Source: an uncultured bacterium
Lineage (GTDB): Bacteria; Krumholzibacteriota; Krumholzibacteriia; LZORAL124-64-63
Assembly (NCBI GenBank): GCA_963732385.1
Contig: CAVSZB010000008.1
Coordinates: 1-64,000, forward strand
Length of the DNA stretch: 64,000 nucleotides
Reading direction: 5' to 3'
The notes under the pieces were generated by a model. It did no database searches. It worked only from the letters and a program-made list of their open reading frames with translations, and was not told the origin of the DNA. Both the position numbers and the translations under genes were made by a program. Below are positions 19,701 to 26,614 of this stretch, piece after piece. Positions within the stretch are counted from its first letter, which is position 1. Every line of letters starts with the position of its first letter.

Positions 19701-22700
19701 TCATCCTCGATGTCTGGAAGGCGATCTTGGGCCTTGAGAGGATCGGCGTCACCGAGGACTTCTTCGCTCTGGGGGGACATTCCCTGCTGGGCATCCAGAT
19801 GTTGGCCAGGTTGAAGGGCGTGCTGGGCGCGGACATCGGGCTGAAGGCCCTATTCCAAGCTCCTACGATCCGCAGGCTGGCGGCCCTGGCCCCGGCCGCG
19901 GACCGCAAGGCGATGGTGGGCTCGCCGCGGCCGACCATCCCGCGCCGCCTGGGGGTCGCGCCGATTCCCGCCTCATCCCAGCAGACCCGCCTCTGGTACC
20001 TGGGCCTGATCGACCCCTCTTCCCTGGCCGGCCACAACGTGGCCACGGCCCTGCGGCTGGAGGGGAAGTTGGACGTGGCAGCCTTGCAGCGCGCGTGTGA
20101 CGAGATCCTGGCGCGGCACGAGGCCCTGCGCACGAACTTCACGATGGTCGACGGCGAGCTGATCCAGGTGGTCCAGCCCGAGGTCCGCTTCGATCTGACT
20201 GCGGTGGCGATGGCCGAGCTCGGCGTCGACACGGTCGCCGAACTGGTCGAGCGGATCAAGCGCGACGCTGAGATCCTGCCCGACCTGGCGCAGGGGCGCT
20301 TGTTCACAATCCGCCTGATCCGCATTGCCAAGAACGACCACGCGCTGGTGTTCAACATTCACCACATGGTCTTCGACGGCTGGTCCTACGACGTGCTCTT
20401 CGAGGAACTCTGCGCGCTCTACAACACCTACGCCGCCGGTAACGACTCCGCGCTGCCCCCGCTGCCGGTACAATACGGCGACTTTGCCGCTTGGCAGAAG
20501 TCTTGGCTGGAGTCGGACGTCGTCAGCGATCAGGTGACCCACTGGACCAAGGTCCTCGGCGGCGACCGGGCGGTGCTCGAGCTGCCGCTGGACCGACCCC
20601 GTCCCGCCGCACAGCCGCACAGGGCGGACGAACTGCGGTTCTCCTTCGACGGCACTCAGGTGGCGGCGCTCGAGGCCGCGGCCAAGAGCCGCGGCTGCAC
20701 GCTGTTCATGATGATGGCGGCCCTCTACGCCCTGACTCTGTACCGCTTCAGCGGCCAGCGCGATGTCATCCTGGGTTCGCCGATCTCCGGCCGCAATGCC
20801 GACGAACTGGGCGGACTGATGGGCTTCTTTGTCAACACGCTGGTGTTCCGCTTCCGGGTGGATCCCGACCTGACCTTCGGCCGGTGGCTGGAGGAGGTCC
20901 GGGAGGTCTGCCTCGACGCCTATGGCAACCAGGATGCTCCGTTCGAGCTGATCGTGCAGGAGCTGAACCCGCGGCGGGATCCGTCACGGTCGCCTATCTT
21001 CCAGACCCTGTTCATGTACCAAGATGTCCGTAACCGCCACCAGAGCCTGCACGGTCTGCGCCTGTCGAACTTCAACATGAAGCGGACGGGCGTGCAGACC
21101 GACCTGGACATCTGGCTCAAGCGGGAGCAGGACAAGCTGTGGGGTGGCCTGATCTACGCCACGGACATGTTCTGTGCCGGATCGGCCGAGCGTATCGTCG
21201 CATCTATCACCGGGCTGGCCGACGCGGTCCTTGCCGCTCCGGACCGCCCGCTGGGGGATCTGGCCGCGGCGATTCCAGCCGAGCTGGAGATCCTTGAAGC
21301 GTCCAACGGCCCGGATCTGCCGCTGCCGAACCGCACGCTGGTCGATGTGCTCGGCGAGCGGGCCGCTGGGCGTTTCGATTCCCCGGCGATCGTCTGCGAC
21401 GGATCGACCGTCAGCTACGGCGAACTGGAGGAGCGCTCCAACCGCCTGGCCCGCCGCCTGGCCGCTGAAGGCGTGGCGCGGGGCTCGCTGGTGGGACTTT
21501 GCCTGGACCGCCGGGCGGAGCTCCTCGTCGGCGTGCTGGCTATCTGGAAGGCCGGCGCGTCGTACGTCCCGCTGGACCCGGACTACCCGGCGTCCCGGCT
21601 GGAATACATGCTGGAGACGGCTGGCATCGGGCTGGTCCTGACCGAGAGCAGGCTGGCCGGACGAGTTGGCGGCGGCGCCCGGCTGATCGACATCGACGCC
21701 GCGGAAAAGGAAGGCGCCCGGGAGCCTGCCGGACCTGTTGCCTCCGTCGCGGGCCCCGCGGACCCCGCCTATGTGATCTTCACCTCCGGCTCCACCGGTA
21801 AGCCCAAGGGCGTGGTGGTTCACCACCGGGCGGTCCTGAACTTCCTGGAGTCGATGGCCCGCGAGCCCGGTCTGGCTACGGGGGACCGCCTGCTGGCGGT
21901 CACCACCCTGTCCTTCGACATCCATGTGCTCGAACTCTACCTGCCCCTGCTGACGGGGGCGACCGTGGTCCTGGCTGGGCGGGCCGACCTGCGGGACGCT
22001 GGGCGTCTGATCCGGCTGCTGGACGAACAGGAGATCACGCTGATGCAGGCCACCCCCGCCACCTGGCGGCTGCTTGTGGATGCGGGCTGGCAGGGACGTC
22101 CCTCCCTGCGGATCCTCTGCGGCGGCGAGGCCTTTCCCCCGGACCTCGTCGCGGGACTTTGCCGCAGGGCCGCCGAGGTCTGGAACATGTACGGGCCGAC
22201 CGAGACCACTGTCTGGTCCACCTGTCACCGGATCCGGCCCGAGGATCCGGCTGTCCTGATCGGGCGGCCGATCTCCAACACGCAGATCCGCCTGCTGGAC
22301 GAGGCCATGCGGCCGGTCCCGCCGGGAGTGCCCGCGGAACTGTACATCGGCGGCGAGGGCGTGGCGCAGGGCTATATCGGGCGCCCGGATCTGACCGAGC
22401 GGCAGTTCGTGGCCGATCCCTTCCTGCCCGGTCAGCGGCTGTACCGGACCGGCGATTTGGCCCGCTGGCACGGCGAAGGGCTGCTGGAATGCCTCGGCCG
22501 GCTGGATAGCCAAGTGAAGGTCCGCGGCTTCCGGATCGAGCCTGGCGAGATCGAGGCTGTCCTGAGCCAGCATCCGGCGATTGCCCACTCGGTGGTCGTC
22601 CCCGTGGAACTGCAGCCGGGGGACAAGCGCCTGGTCGCCTACTGTGTCCCGGTCGCGCGAGGGAAGATCGACACCGGCGAGCTGCGGGCCCATCTGCGGG

Positions 22701-23128
22701 GCCAGGTGCCCGACTACATGATCCCCCAGCACTTCGTGGAGCTGGTCGGGCTGCCGCTGACGCCGGGCGGCAAGGTGGACCGCAGGTCCCTGTCCGCTTC
22801 CTTTGCCGTGCGGGCCGGGGAGGCCGTCGCGTGTACCGCACCCAGGACATCGACGGAACAGGAGTTGTGCACGATCTGGCAACAGTGCCTCGGGCTCGAT
22901 CGCGTGGGCATCGACCAGAACTTCTTCGACTTGGGCGGGCATTCCCTGCTGGCGGTGAAGGTCTTCGCACGGATCCAGGCGCGGTTCGGCGTCGAACTGC
23001 CCCTGGCCACGCTGTTCGAAACTCCCATGATCGCCCACCTGGCCGATCTGATCGACGGAGAACTCTACTTCGCCGACGGCCAGCCGAATGATACAATGGG
23101 CCCGGAACGTGAGGAATACCGCTTTTGA
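7775..23128 (+). CDS. Hybrid NRPS-type I PKS megasynthase with embedded class III aminotransferase: [A-sub relic]-C*-A-T-KS-AT0-AT-ACP-AMT-C-A-T-C-A-T
   Basis: Three A domains (YTSGSTG or FTSGSTG, YGPTE, YRTGD, GKVDR). Carrier Ser motifs GGTS (10973), GFDS (14939), GGHS (19772, 22934). KS TACS (Cys at 11729), EAHGT, NIGH. AT GHSLG (13952). AMT FDEIITGFR and YGK (Lys at 16256). C motifs HNAVLDE (8390), NHLVCDG (17183), HHMVFDG (20360). Start uncertain (ORF opens at 7667; GTG at 7775). Confidence 0.95.
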   Translation: MVPIDTLAKIESALRGRPGVGAVAASLTSGRVAVFVTSAAGSARPDAVALRDFLAGEFPNREFATDAIFIDTLPLTSIQRGMVLQSVATPGTGVAVGQLVGDIAGDLDSETLAAAWLDLVRREPVLRTRFVLADEDDFRQEFVAGPVPQPVAEDWTRQPAVEQEERFAALLEAERRQGFASDSPTMIRLRILRLARARFRLLWTFHNAVLDECSLGLLLERLGELYETSRAGAGAPAGEEVNAFARFICRRIAADPAPARGFWQKAMAGIGAQAELLYEQHISRDGVMAAPGRLETALTKKSTAALRKFAAERDMGPRTLALAAWSLVLHQHSDTADILFGSARACRGANEGDARMIGMAVNTVPFPVRIDPQETVGDFLTRVRGLDRSVAAHEELPLDEIHRASEVRSGERLFETLLAHHAAELGAGLGPDHPLRGEYRYLGQTTLPLLVAVYEGPRTRLCLDYAPDRLAEQVARSLLDRFERLLGSLPRLAGVRVGEVPAVSAAEAAQLDEWNATERDYPLGGEVLHALFERSVDAHPDRVAVSAGARQLTFRELDERANRLAHYLRSRGVGPDVPVGLVLERSLEMMVAVFGVLKAGGLFMPLDADHPQERIKRILEESGTRLVLTQESLREKAGDAIGSLCLDSEWDAVATFPADRPVCMVRPQDGAYVLYTSGSTGNPKGVIIEHRAIVNHSMWMAENYALTGQDAVLQKTPYTFDVVMWEFFVPLEAGARLVMAEPGGHKSTTYLVDTINEHGITLIHFVPSMLHLFLADPRVRTCTSLKTVLCSGEALSKELEARFFETLPGVGLHNLYGPTEAAVNVTVWECRPDDALAAVPIGKPVPNTRLHILDGRMRPRPIGVAGELFIGGVQVARGYLNRADLTAERFLPDPFGKPGDRLYRTGDLARFRSDGNVDFLGRNDFQVKVRGLRIELGEIETVLLAHQDILHCVVVVVCPTADDQRIVAYVVLRQGAATDAAELRAHARLRLPEYMVPQHIAVLETMPMTSSGKVDRKALPALELKRSGLGGSVETAESELENFLVDRWRHLLGVDQVGVRDRFFELGGTSLKALQFIAWLGGELGEPVPVASFFSAPTIEGIVGALEADHADALRRRFPGHRFGAAAEGKPVGTGSDGDGIFVAGDIAVIGMAGRFPGAADVDAYWELLRDGVEALRRATDEELLWEGVPEEEFTDEDYVRSYFSADDLDAFDGEFFGYQPRELQRMDPQHRLFLELAWAALDNAGYARALDSGENRIGVFGGIARDAYVQHYVTRHPDTAGALGDFQTNIGNDKNFPATRVAYRFNLKGPAVNVQTACSTSGTALHLACQNLRLGECDLAVVGGCRVLVPTKYGYRYVEGSALSSSGRLYAFDSRATGMVRGSGGAFLVVKRMADALRDGDCVRGVIRSTAVNNDGGDKAGFTAPSVTGQAQVIDLALRRAQVDPDSIGYVEAHGTATSLGDPIEVLALTKAFRRHTSRTGFCRLGTVKPNIGHLDAGAAVAGIIKTLLAMERGLIPASLNYESPNPGIDFAKSPFLVADRAVPWDPPAGHPRRAGVSSFGLGGTNFHAILEEAPTTTSCAGSDGRDGPLLVLLSAASETSLNANLFGLAEYLARHEDLELADVAYSLATCRPALAHRAFAVSEGGAFGERELGEVCRVGPDHRAGLLAFHLPASVPGAPALLESFLAGFDGMAGPLEEAWRALWPRRPWPGPAQLAASVAGLPEGPEASFLLQYVLGRYWLALGVRPASVSGSGAGAVAASCLAGELPLGEAVGRLFPPAGDLRGGTFAAAASRVAEDAVDRFVLTLGTVAEDGGIVALPPAAGVEAVQRAVALATGHLWVHGADIDWNAYHAGRPVRRVPLPPFRFHRRRHWLDLPGVGPRLVTLAATDKETLTDTAGRLSAYLKKRPQTDLGDLCSRGDAAGDACRIAFVSLGSHETARILDDPASHPTCLAYTAGPPAPVAFLLPGGGAQYLQMARGLYDRFGEFRAEIDTGLALFASRTGHDLKRDWFAADHEREWASGQMQRPSVQLPAIFILEIALARLWQSWGLRPAALLGHSLGENTAACLSGVIGYNDALGLVTLRGRLFEKTEPGSMLSVPLSPAEVAPYLGDRLDLATINAPQMCTISGRTADIEALLDQFAASDIDAQRIPITTAPHSRLLDPVLQEFGDYLRSIELKKPAIPFLSNVTGDWITDEQATDPEYWVRHLRSPVRFADCVNRLAERNCFVVIETGPGKTLGSLLRAQNEALGARSVPTLRNAREEAEDRTFLLRGIGRLLSLGAPLDPSVLGRDLPGALLTITQASLDAAGVPASERAGTAASSLFPMPTFSAAAPAPLPVIGLTSGSASPMTRADLVTRKLRTILGEMSGLEGADLQNDVPFLSMGFDSLFLTQANLKFKKTFSVKITLKQLLRESPTIDALTAFIESKLPEGAFAEELQAAPAAVAPSGASAAAPLAGMPAAFPAAFVPDASLGSLAQAIAMQIQASNVLLQHLVGGAPAVAPAPAAVSAPAAAEDVAEAVPAGGGAHGPFAPLQKSVSSGLSDAQREYLDGFIRDYCARTRKSKELAASHRFRYADPRTVMGFKTILKELTYTLVGQRSKGSHVWDVDGNEYVDCQGGFGAILFGHAPDFVLDAVRRQLDQSIDYGPQSPAAGRIAEMFCEMTGMDRVSFCNTGSEASLAAIRIARTVTGNDLIVMFQGSYHGIFDEVLVRGQDVRGKRRNVPVAPGIPAAASGNILILDYDDPKSLDVIRERADEIAGVIVEPIQSRHCEIQPRAFLHELRKVTREADIPLIFDEIITGFRLHPKGAQGWFDVEADLACYGKVVGGGFPVGVIAGKRRYMDALDGGAWRFGDDSFPEVGVTYFAGTFVRHPVALAAMEAVLLKLREEGPELQQRLNKKTAMFAERVNRCYRRLGVPIEIVYFGSAFFIRYRGNPDFEFLFYHHLRYFGAHHIWGNRPGFLTDAHTSQDLDLLVDCFEKAARALQESGFLPSLEQAEPERQPFTDVQSELWLAVAMGDASAAAYNEQVMFEIDHEIDPEVLELVMDKVTNRHPGLRALPAADGSGFVVRNYMPPSFAWRDLRSLPEGERASEVRRLAQANIDDGFDFEKGPLLRALLLKTGEQKNVLCVAVNHLVCDGWSLEILMEDIGAYYTGITQSRFVKRRSVPALADIFAAERARHESGDVKDARDYWLKVFRDPLPPDLNLPLDHTRPPVRSFRGERHACYLDPALAEPIRRMAGAEGCTTFVFLLAVYLVMLRRLSGQDDIVVGIPAAGQPNMGMNDAVTHAVSLLPLRARIDDASDFRRFLAGVRDIFTDAMDNQAFAYGELLKELKIPRDPSRQPLMGASFNVDMAFNPVRFDGVLARFVPAPRGRSKVDLLFTLTDEGERFLLEVDRNADVIDAATVERWVGHYESLLRGILDDPGRPIGRLGVLSKEEERLLFSEWNRPGEDGRRESGILDLFAQQAAARADRVAVRAGDVSLTYGELEKAANRFANYLARKGVEPDSLVGVALGRSIRLPVAMLGILKAGAAYLPLDPEYPRERLSYMLSDSGATHLVVERAHAAAFADQDVTAVVMDEEADAIAACGVEAPAHRPAPGDLAYVIYTSGSTGRPKGVGIEHGSLGNLLVSLRERPGMSADDMVLAITSISFDPSVIELFLPLSCGASVVVADAAEAVDGSRLAELLERHAITFLNATATVWNLILDAGWQPPAGFKAYCGGESLPPELAVRLAGHRVELWNMYGPTEATVAVSGYRIPSTGTPIFIGRPLADARLFVLDGSGQPVPPGVIGELYIGGPGLARGYLGRDDLTAERFVQAACEPIVGQRLYRTGDLVRYHSDGNLEFIGRNDHQVKISGLRIEPGEIETVLGNHPAVGRCVVSPRRGAVGDQRLVAFYTMKDAAAVDDAALREYALASLPRYMVPQHFVRLEALPLSANGKVDRLALAQTPFGEAPAGERTLEDPADETERLILDVWKAILGLERIGVTEDFFALGGHSLLGIQMLARLKGVLGADIGLKALFQAPTIRRLAALAPAADRKAMVGSPRPTIPRRLGVAPIPASSQQTRLWYLGLIDPSSLAGHNVATALRLEGKLDVAALQRACDEILARHEALRTNFTMVDGELIQVVQPEVRFDLTAVAMAELGVDTVAELVERIKRDAEILPDLAQGRLFTIRLIRIAKNDHALVFNIHHMVFDGWSYDVLFEELCALYNTYAAGNDSALPPLPVQYGDFAAWQKSWLESDVVSDQVTHWTKVLGGDRAVLELPLDRPRPAAQPHRADELRFSFDGTQVAALEAAAKSRGCTLFMMMAALYALTLYRFSGQRDVILGSPISGRNADELGGLMGFFVNTLVFRFRVDPDLTFGRWLEEVREVCLDAYGNQDAPFELIVQELNPRRDPSRSPIFQTLFMYQDVRNRHQSLHGLRLSNFNMKRTGVQTDLDIWLKREQDKLWGGLIYATDMFCAGSAERIVASITGLADAVLAAPDRPLGDLAAAIPAELEILEASNGPDLPLPNRTLVDVLGERAAGRFDSPAIVCDGSTVSYGELEERSNRLARRLAAEGVARGSLVGLCLDRRAELLVGVLAIWKAGASYVPLDPDYPASRLEYMLETAGIGLVLTESRLAGRVGGGARLIDIDAAEKEGAREPAGPVASVAGPADPAYVIFTSGSTGKPKGVVVHHRAVLNFLESMAREPGLATGDRLLAVTTLSFDIHVLELYLPLLTGATVVLAGRADLRDAGRLIRLLDEQEITLMQATPATWRLLVDAGWQGRPSLRILCGGEAFPPDLVAGLCRRAAEVWNMYGPTETTVWSTCHRIRPEDPAVLIGRPISNTQIRLLDEAMRPVPPGVPAELYIGGEGVAQGYIGRPDLTERQFVADPFLPGQRLYRTGDLARWHGEGLLECLGRLDSQVKVRGFRIEPGEIEAVLSQHPAIAHSVVVPVELQPGDKRLVAYCVPVARGKIDTGELRAHLRGQVPDYMIPQHFVELVGLPLTPGGKVDRRSLSASFAVRAGEAVACTAPRTSTEQELCTIWQQCLGLDRVGIDQNFFDLGGHSLLAVKVFARIQARFGVELPLATLFETPMIAHLADLIDGELYFADGQPNDTMGPEREEYRF

Positions 23129-24111
23129 AGATCGCCGATGTCCTGAAGGATCTGCGCAGGCGGGGCATCGAGTTGCGGGTCGATGGCTGCGATACCTTGG
23201 TCTGCAACGCAACCAAGGGAGCCATGACCCCGGAGATAGGGGAGATGATCAGGAGCCGCAAGGCCGAGATCGTCGCCTTCCTCGGGCAGGCCCGACGCGA
23301 CAAGTGGTCCACCTTGGTGCCGATGCAGCCCAAGGGATCGGCCGCACCGTTCTTCTGCTTCCACGGGGTGGGCGGCAACGTCCTGAACTACTCGATCCTC
23401 GGGCAGTACCTCGGCGACGATCAGCCGCTGTACGGACTGCAGTCGGTGGGCTTGGACGGGACCACGCCGCCGCTGTTGGCCATTCCCGACATGGTGGAGG
23501 TCTACCTGCGGGAGATACGGGCGATCCAGCCAGCTGGTCCCTACCACCTGGGCGGTGGCTCGATGGGCGGACTGGTCGCCTACGAGATGGCTCGGCGGCT
23601 GCGCAGGGAGGGCCAGCCGGTCGGTCTCCTCGTGCTTTTCGACACGATCGGGCCGTACGGCCCGGCGGGTCCGGGGGCAAGCCAGCCCGGCCTGAAGGGC
23701 TTGGCGCGGAAGATGTCCGACCTGGACGCCCGCGCCAAGGTTACCTTCCTCGCCTCCAAATTCAGGGGCAAGGCCGAATTCCGCCGCAAGATGAAGCTCT
23801 GCCGCAGCCACTTCGTCCGGGGATTGCCGATCCCCTTGGAACACCGTTTCTGGTTCATCGAGCAGATGAACTTCCAGGCGATCCGCGACCACGTGATCGA
23901 ACCGTACGAGGGAGCGATCGATCTAATCCGCGGCGACCTGGTCGACGACGGCAGTGTGCTCGCGGACCCGCTGCGGGGCTGGACGGGCATGGCGCCGGAG
24001 ATCCGGGTCCACGCGATCGGCGGTCGGCATCACGACCTCGTGGAGCAGCCCGAGCTCGGCCGAATCCTGGCGCGGTGCCTGAGGGAGGCTCAGGCCCTCT
24101 CGTCGGAATAA
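23125..24111 (+). CDS. Stand-alone thioesterase (alpha/beta hydrolase) with N-terminal TubC-type docking domain
   Basis: N-terminal ~55 aa (VLKDLRRRGIELRVDG..L...A.KGAMTPEI...IRSRKAEIVAFL) match the TubC_N pattern; FHGVGG, GGSMGG nucleophile elbow, LFDT, GRHH. TTG start overlaps the NRPS TGA stop. Confidence 0.85.
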   Translation: MKIADVLKDLRRRGIELRVDGCDTLVCNATKGAMTPEIGEMIRSRKAEIVAFLGQARRDKWSTLVPMQPKGSAAPFFCFHGVGGNVLNYSILGQYLGDDQPLYGLQSVGLDGTTPPLLAIPDMVEVYLREIRAIQPAGPYHLGGGSMGGLVAYEMARRLRREGQPVGLLVLFDTIGPYGPAGPGASQPGLKGLARKMSDLDARAKVTFLASKFRGKAEFRRKMKLCRSHFVRGLPIPLEHRFWFIEQMNFQAIRDHVIEPYEGAIDLIRGDLVDDGSVLADPLRGWTGMAPEIRVHAIGGRHHDLVEQPELGRILARCLREAQALSSE

Positions 24112-24872
24112 TACATCCCGTGGTAGACGGCGCCGTCGTGGTCCTCATGGAACGGGATGCGGCAGTTCTTGTCCGGCGAGTTCTGCCAGATATCCCGCAG
24201 GCAGTACCCGTTCCTCCCCATCCGGTCCAGGAAGGTCTGCTTGTGGAAAACCTTGTAGGTGCAGAAGGCCGTCGTCATGTTGTTGATGGTCACGAATTCG
24301 TACTTCTCGTGCAGGGGAAAGCCGTTGATCAGGATGTGCCGGGGACGCAGCCCGAGCCGCTGCAGGGTGTCTGTGAGGGGCTCCTCGAAATACTGCAGGG
24401 AGCCGGAGGCGAAAAAGATGTCCGCCGCCGCGGCCTGGCCCACCTCGTCGGTGAATTCCAGGCCGGAGATGCCGTGCTCCAGGGCCACCTGCCGACCCTG
24501 CCGCGTGACAGCGGGCACGTCCCAAACCGTCCACGTGAAGCCGGGCGGAAGCTGCAGGTAGGGGGAGTAGGCGTAGAACCTCAGGCCGATGTGGCCCCCG
24601 TAGTCGAACAGACGGCGGCCGCCTCCGTCGATCAGCCTGCCCAGCCAAAAGATCACGGGGTAGTCGACGAGCCGGATCTTCTGCGCGGGGCCGCCGTACA
24701 TCGTGGCCGCGGGCTCGTGGTCGTAGCCGGCCGGCTTGGTGTCGGGGATGTGGCGACGTGCCTCGTCAAAGGTGGCGTACACGCCGCTGAACAGGTTGGC
24801 GGTCGTATTGTGGGCGAAGATCCGTCGGTAGCGGAGCCGGTCCAGTTGGCGCAGGCCCGGCAGGGCCCGCAT
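24090..24872 (-). CDS. Putative SAM-dependent methyltransferase (LIC12133/TIGR04325-like)
   Basis: LFDYGGHIG (motif I variant), WTVWDVP, SGSLQY. A possible alternative CTG start at 24902 has a better RBS. Confidence 0.65.
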   Translation of the reverse strand: MRALPGLRQLDRLRYRRIFAHNTTANLFSGVYATFDEARRHIPDTKPAGYDHEPAATMYGGPAQKIRLVDYPVIFWLGRLIDGGGRRLFDYGGHIGLRFYAYSPYLQLPPGFTWTVWDVPAVTRQGRQVALEHGISGLEFTDEVGQAAAADIFFASGSLQYFEEPLTDTLQRLGLRPRHILINGFPLHEKYEFVTINNMTTAFCTYKVFHKQTFLDRMGRNGYCLRDIWQNSPDKNCRIPFHEDHDGAVYHGMYYSDERA

Positions 24873-25078
24873 GCGGCGAACGGTTTTTTCGATTCGGTCC
24901 AGGTCGTTTCTCCCCTGTCGTGGATCTCCCTCCCGGCTTCCCGTGCCGCGGGGGCAGTCGCCTATTTTAGGGCAATTTCCCGGCCGCGCCCCGGAAAAAC
25001 TGCAGGACGCCGGAGGAATTCCACGGCCATCCGCGTCCCGGGCGGGCCCGAGGCAGATCGGAGAAAGGGGATGATCCG

Positions 25079-26614
25079 ATGCTGACCGGAGCGACCGCCA
25101 AGAGGATCCTGCCCTGGGCCTGCCTCGCGTTATGGCTGACCGTCCAGGCTCTCTGGTCCCTGCCCGTACAGATCGCCGAGGACTGGATGGCCTGGCGGCA
25201 GGCCGACACCCAGTCTATCGCCGAGAACTTCGTCCTGCACGGGGACGGAATCTTGCACCCCCGCGTCAGGTGGGGGGGGGACGGTCCCGGCTTCGCGGAG
25301 ACCGAGTTCCAGCTCTACGCCTACGCCGCTTCCCTGGCGATGCGGCTGACGGGGATCGGTCCGCGGCCCGCGCAATGGATCTCGCTGCTGAGCATGGCCG
25401 CGGCGGCGGCAGCGGTGTACCTCGGCCTGAAGCGGCGCGGGGGATACTTGCCGGGCATCCTGGGGATGGGGACGGTTCTGGCTTCGCGGGCAGTGGTTTT
25501 CACCTCCTCCTCGGTCCAGCCGGACGCATTGGGCTTCCTGTTCTACGTCCTGGGTTTCTGGGCCTTCTTGGACTATTTGGAGGCGGGGGCACGCGGCCGG
25601 CTGATCCTGGCGGCCGGATTCACGGCCCTGGCGGCCCTGATCAAGCCGACCGCTCTGAGCTTGGGGATCTTCCAGTTTCTGGCGGTCGTGCGGCTGCGCC
25701 GGGACCTGCTGCGCCGGCCGGGGGTCTGGGTCGCCTGGGGCGTGGTGCTGCTCGCGGTGGGCTTGCTCTTCCTGAATGGCCAGGCGATCCGCCGGGAGTA
25801 CGGCAACACGTTCGGCATCGGGTTTTCCGGCGACAGCAAGTTCCCCACCCTCCGGGTACTCGCATCGCCGGCCGCCTGGGTCGCTTTGGCCCGGGTCTCC
25901 TTGGCCTGGGGGTTCGGTCTGCCCGGCGCGCTGGCGGCCGCGTATCTGCTGCTGGCCAGGCGGCTCGACGCTATGGCGGTCTCCCTGGGGCTGGCCAACC
26001 TGGCCCTGCTGCTTGTGGCTTTCCGGTACACGAGCAACGAGTGGTACGGTCCGCACTACCATGTAGTGACAGCCCTGCTGGCGGCGTGGCTCGTGGCCGC
26101 CGCCGTCGGTGACCTGACCCGACGCGTCCGGCGGGGCGCTGCGCGGTGGGCGTTGGTCGCCGCGGTGGCGCTGCTCCTGGTCTCCTGGGGACAGCAGCTG
26201 GTCCTGCGCCGCGACGGAGCCCTGATCATGCCCGAGCAGCGGAACTCCGTCGCGGCCGGCCGCGCGCTCGTGGCGCTCGCTGAGCCGGAGGACTTGGTGA
26301 TCGTCCGCAGCAGCGCCCAGGCCAGGTCCGAGTTGTACGACACGGTCAACAACTACGAGGATCCGATCGTTTTCTATGTGGGCCGAGTGCGGGGCTGGGT
26401 CGTTCCAGCGGACGAGGCGCGGGTGCTCGAGCTGCAGGACGCGGTGCGGGCTAGGGCACGCTTCTATGTCGATCCCTTCGGGCGGCTGCGGACCCCCGAA
26501 CTGGACGCCTGGCTGGCCGGAAACACCGAGTTCGTCGCGAAGGTGGGCGAATCGGGGGGGATCTACCGGATCGTTCCGGATCCGGGTCCGCCGGCTGCGG
26601 CGGCCGGGTCGTAG
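25079..26614 (+). CDS. ArnT/PMT-like (GT-C fold) polytopic membrane glycosyltransferase
   Basis: WRQADTQSIAENF loop after TM1, ETEFQLY, QPD, many hydrophobic helices, soluble C-terminal domain. Confidence 0.7.
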   Translation: MLTGATAKRILPWACLALWLTVQALWSLPVQIAEDWMAWRQADTQSIAENFVLHGDGILHPRVRWGGDGPGFAETEFQLYAYAASLAMRLTGIGPRPAQWISLLSMAAAAAAVYLGLKRRGGYLPGILGMGTVLASRAVVFTSSSVQPDALGFLFYVLGFWAFLDYLEAGARGRLILAAGFTALAALIKPTALSLGIFQFLAVVRLRRDLLRRPGVWVAWGVVLLAVGLLFLNGQAIRREYGNTFGIGFSGDSKFPTLRVLASPAAWVALARVSLAWGFGLPGALAAAYLLLARRLDAMAVSLGLANLALLLVAFRYTSNEWYGPHYHVVTALLAAWLVAAAVGDLTRRVRRGAARWALVAAVALLLVSWGQQLVLRRDGALIMPEQRNSVAAGRALVALAEPEDLVIVRSSAQARSELYDTVNNYEDPIVFYVGRVRGWVVPADEARVLELQDAVRARARFYVDPFGRLRTPELDAWLAGNTEFVAKVGESGGIYRIVPDPGPPAAAAGS

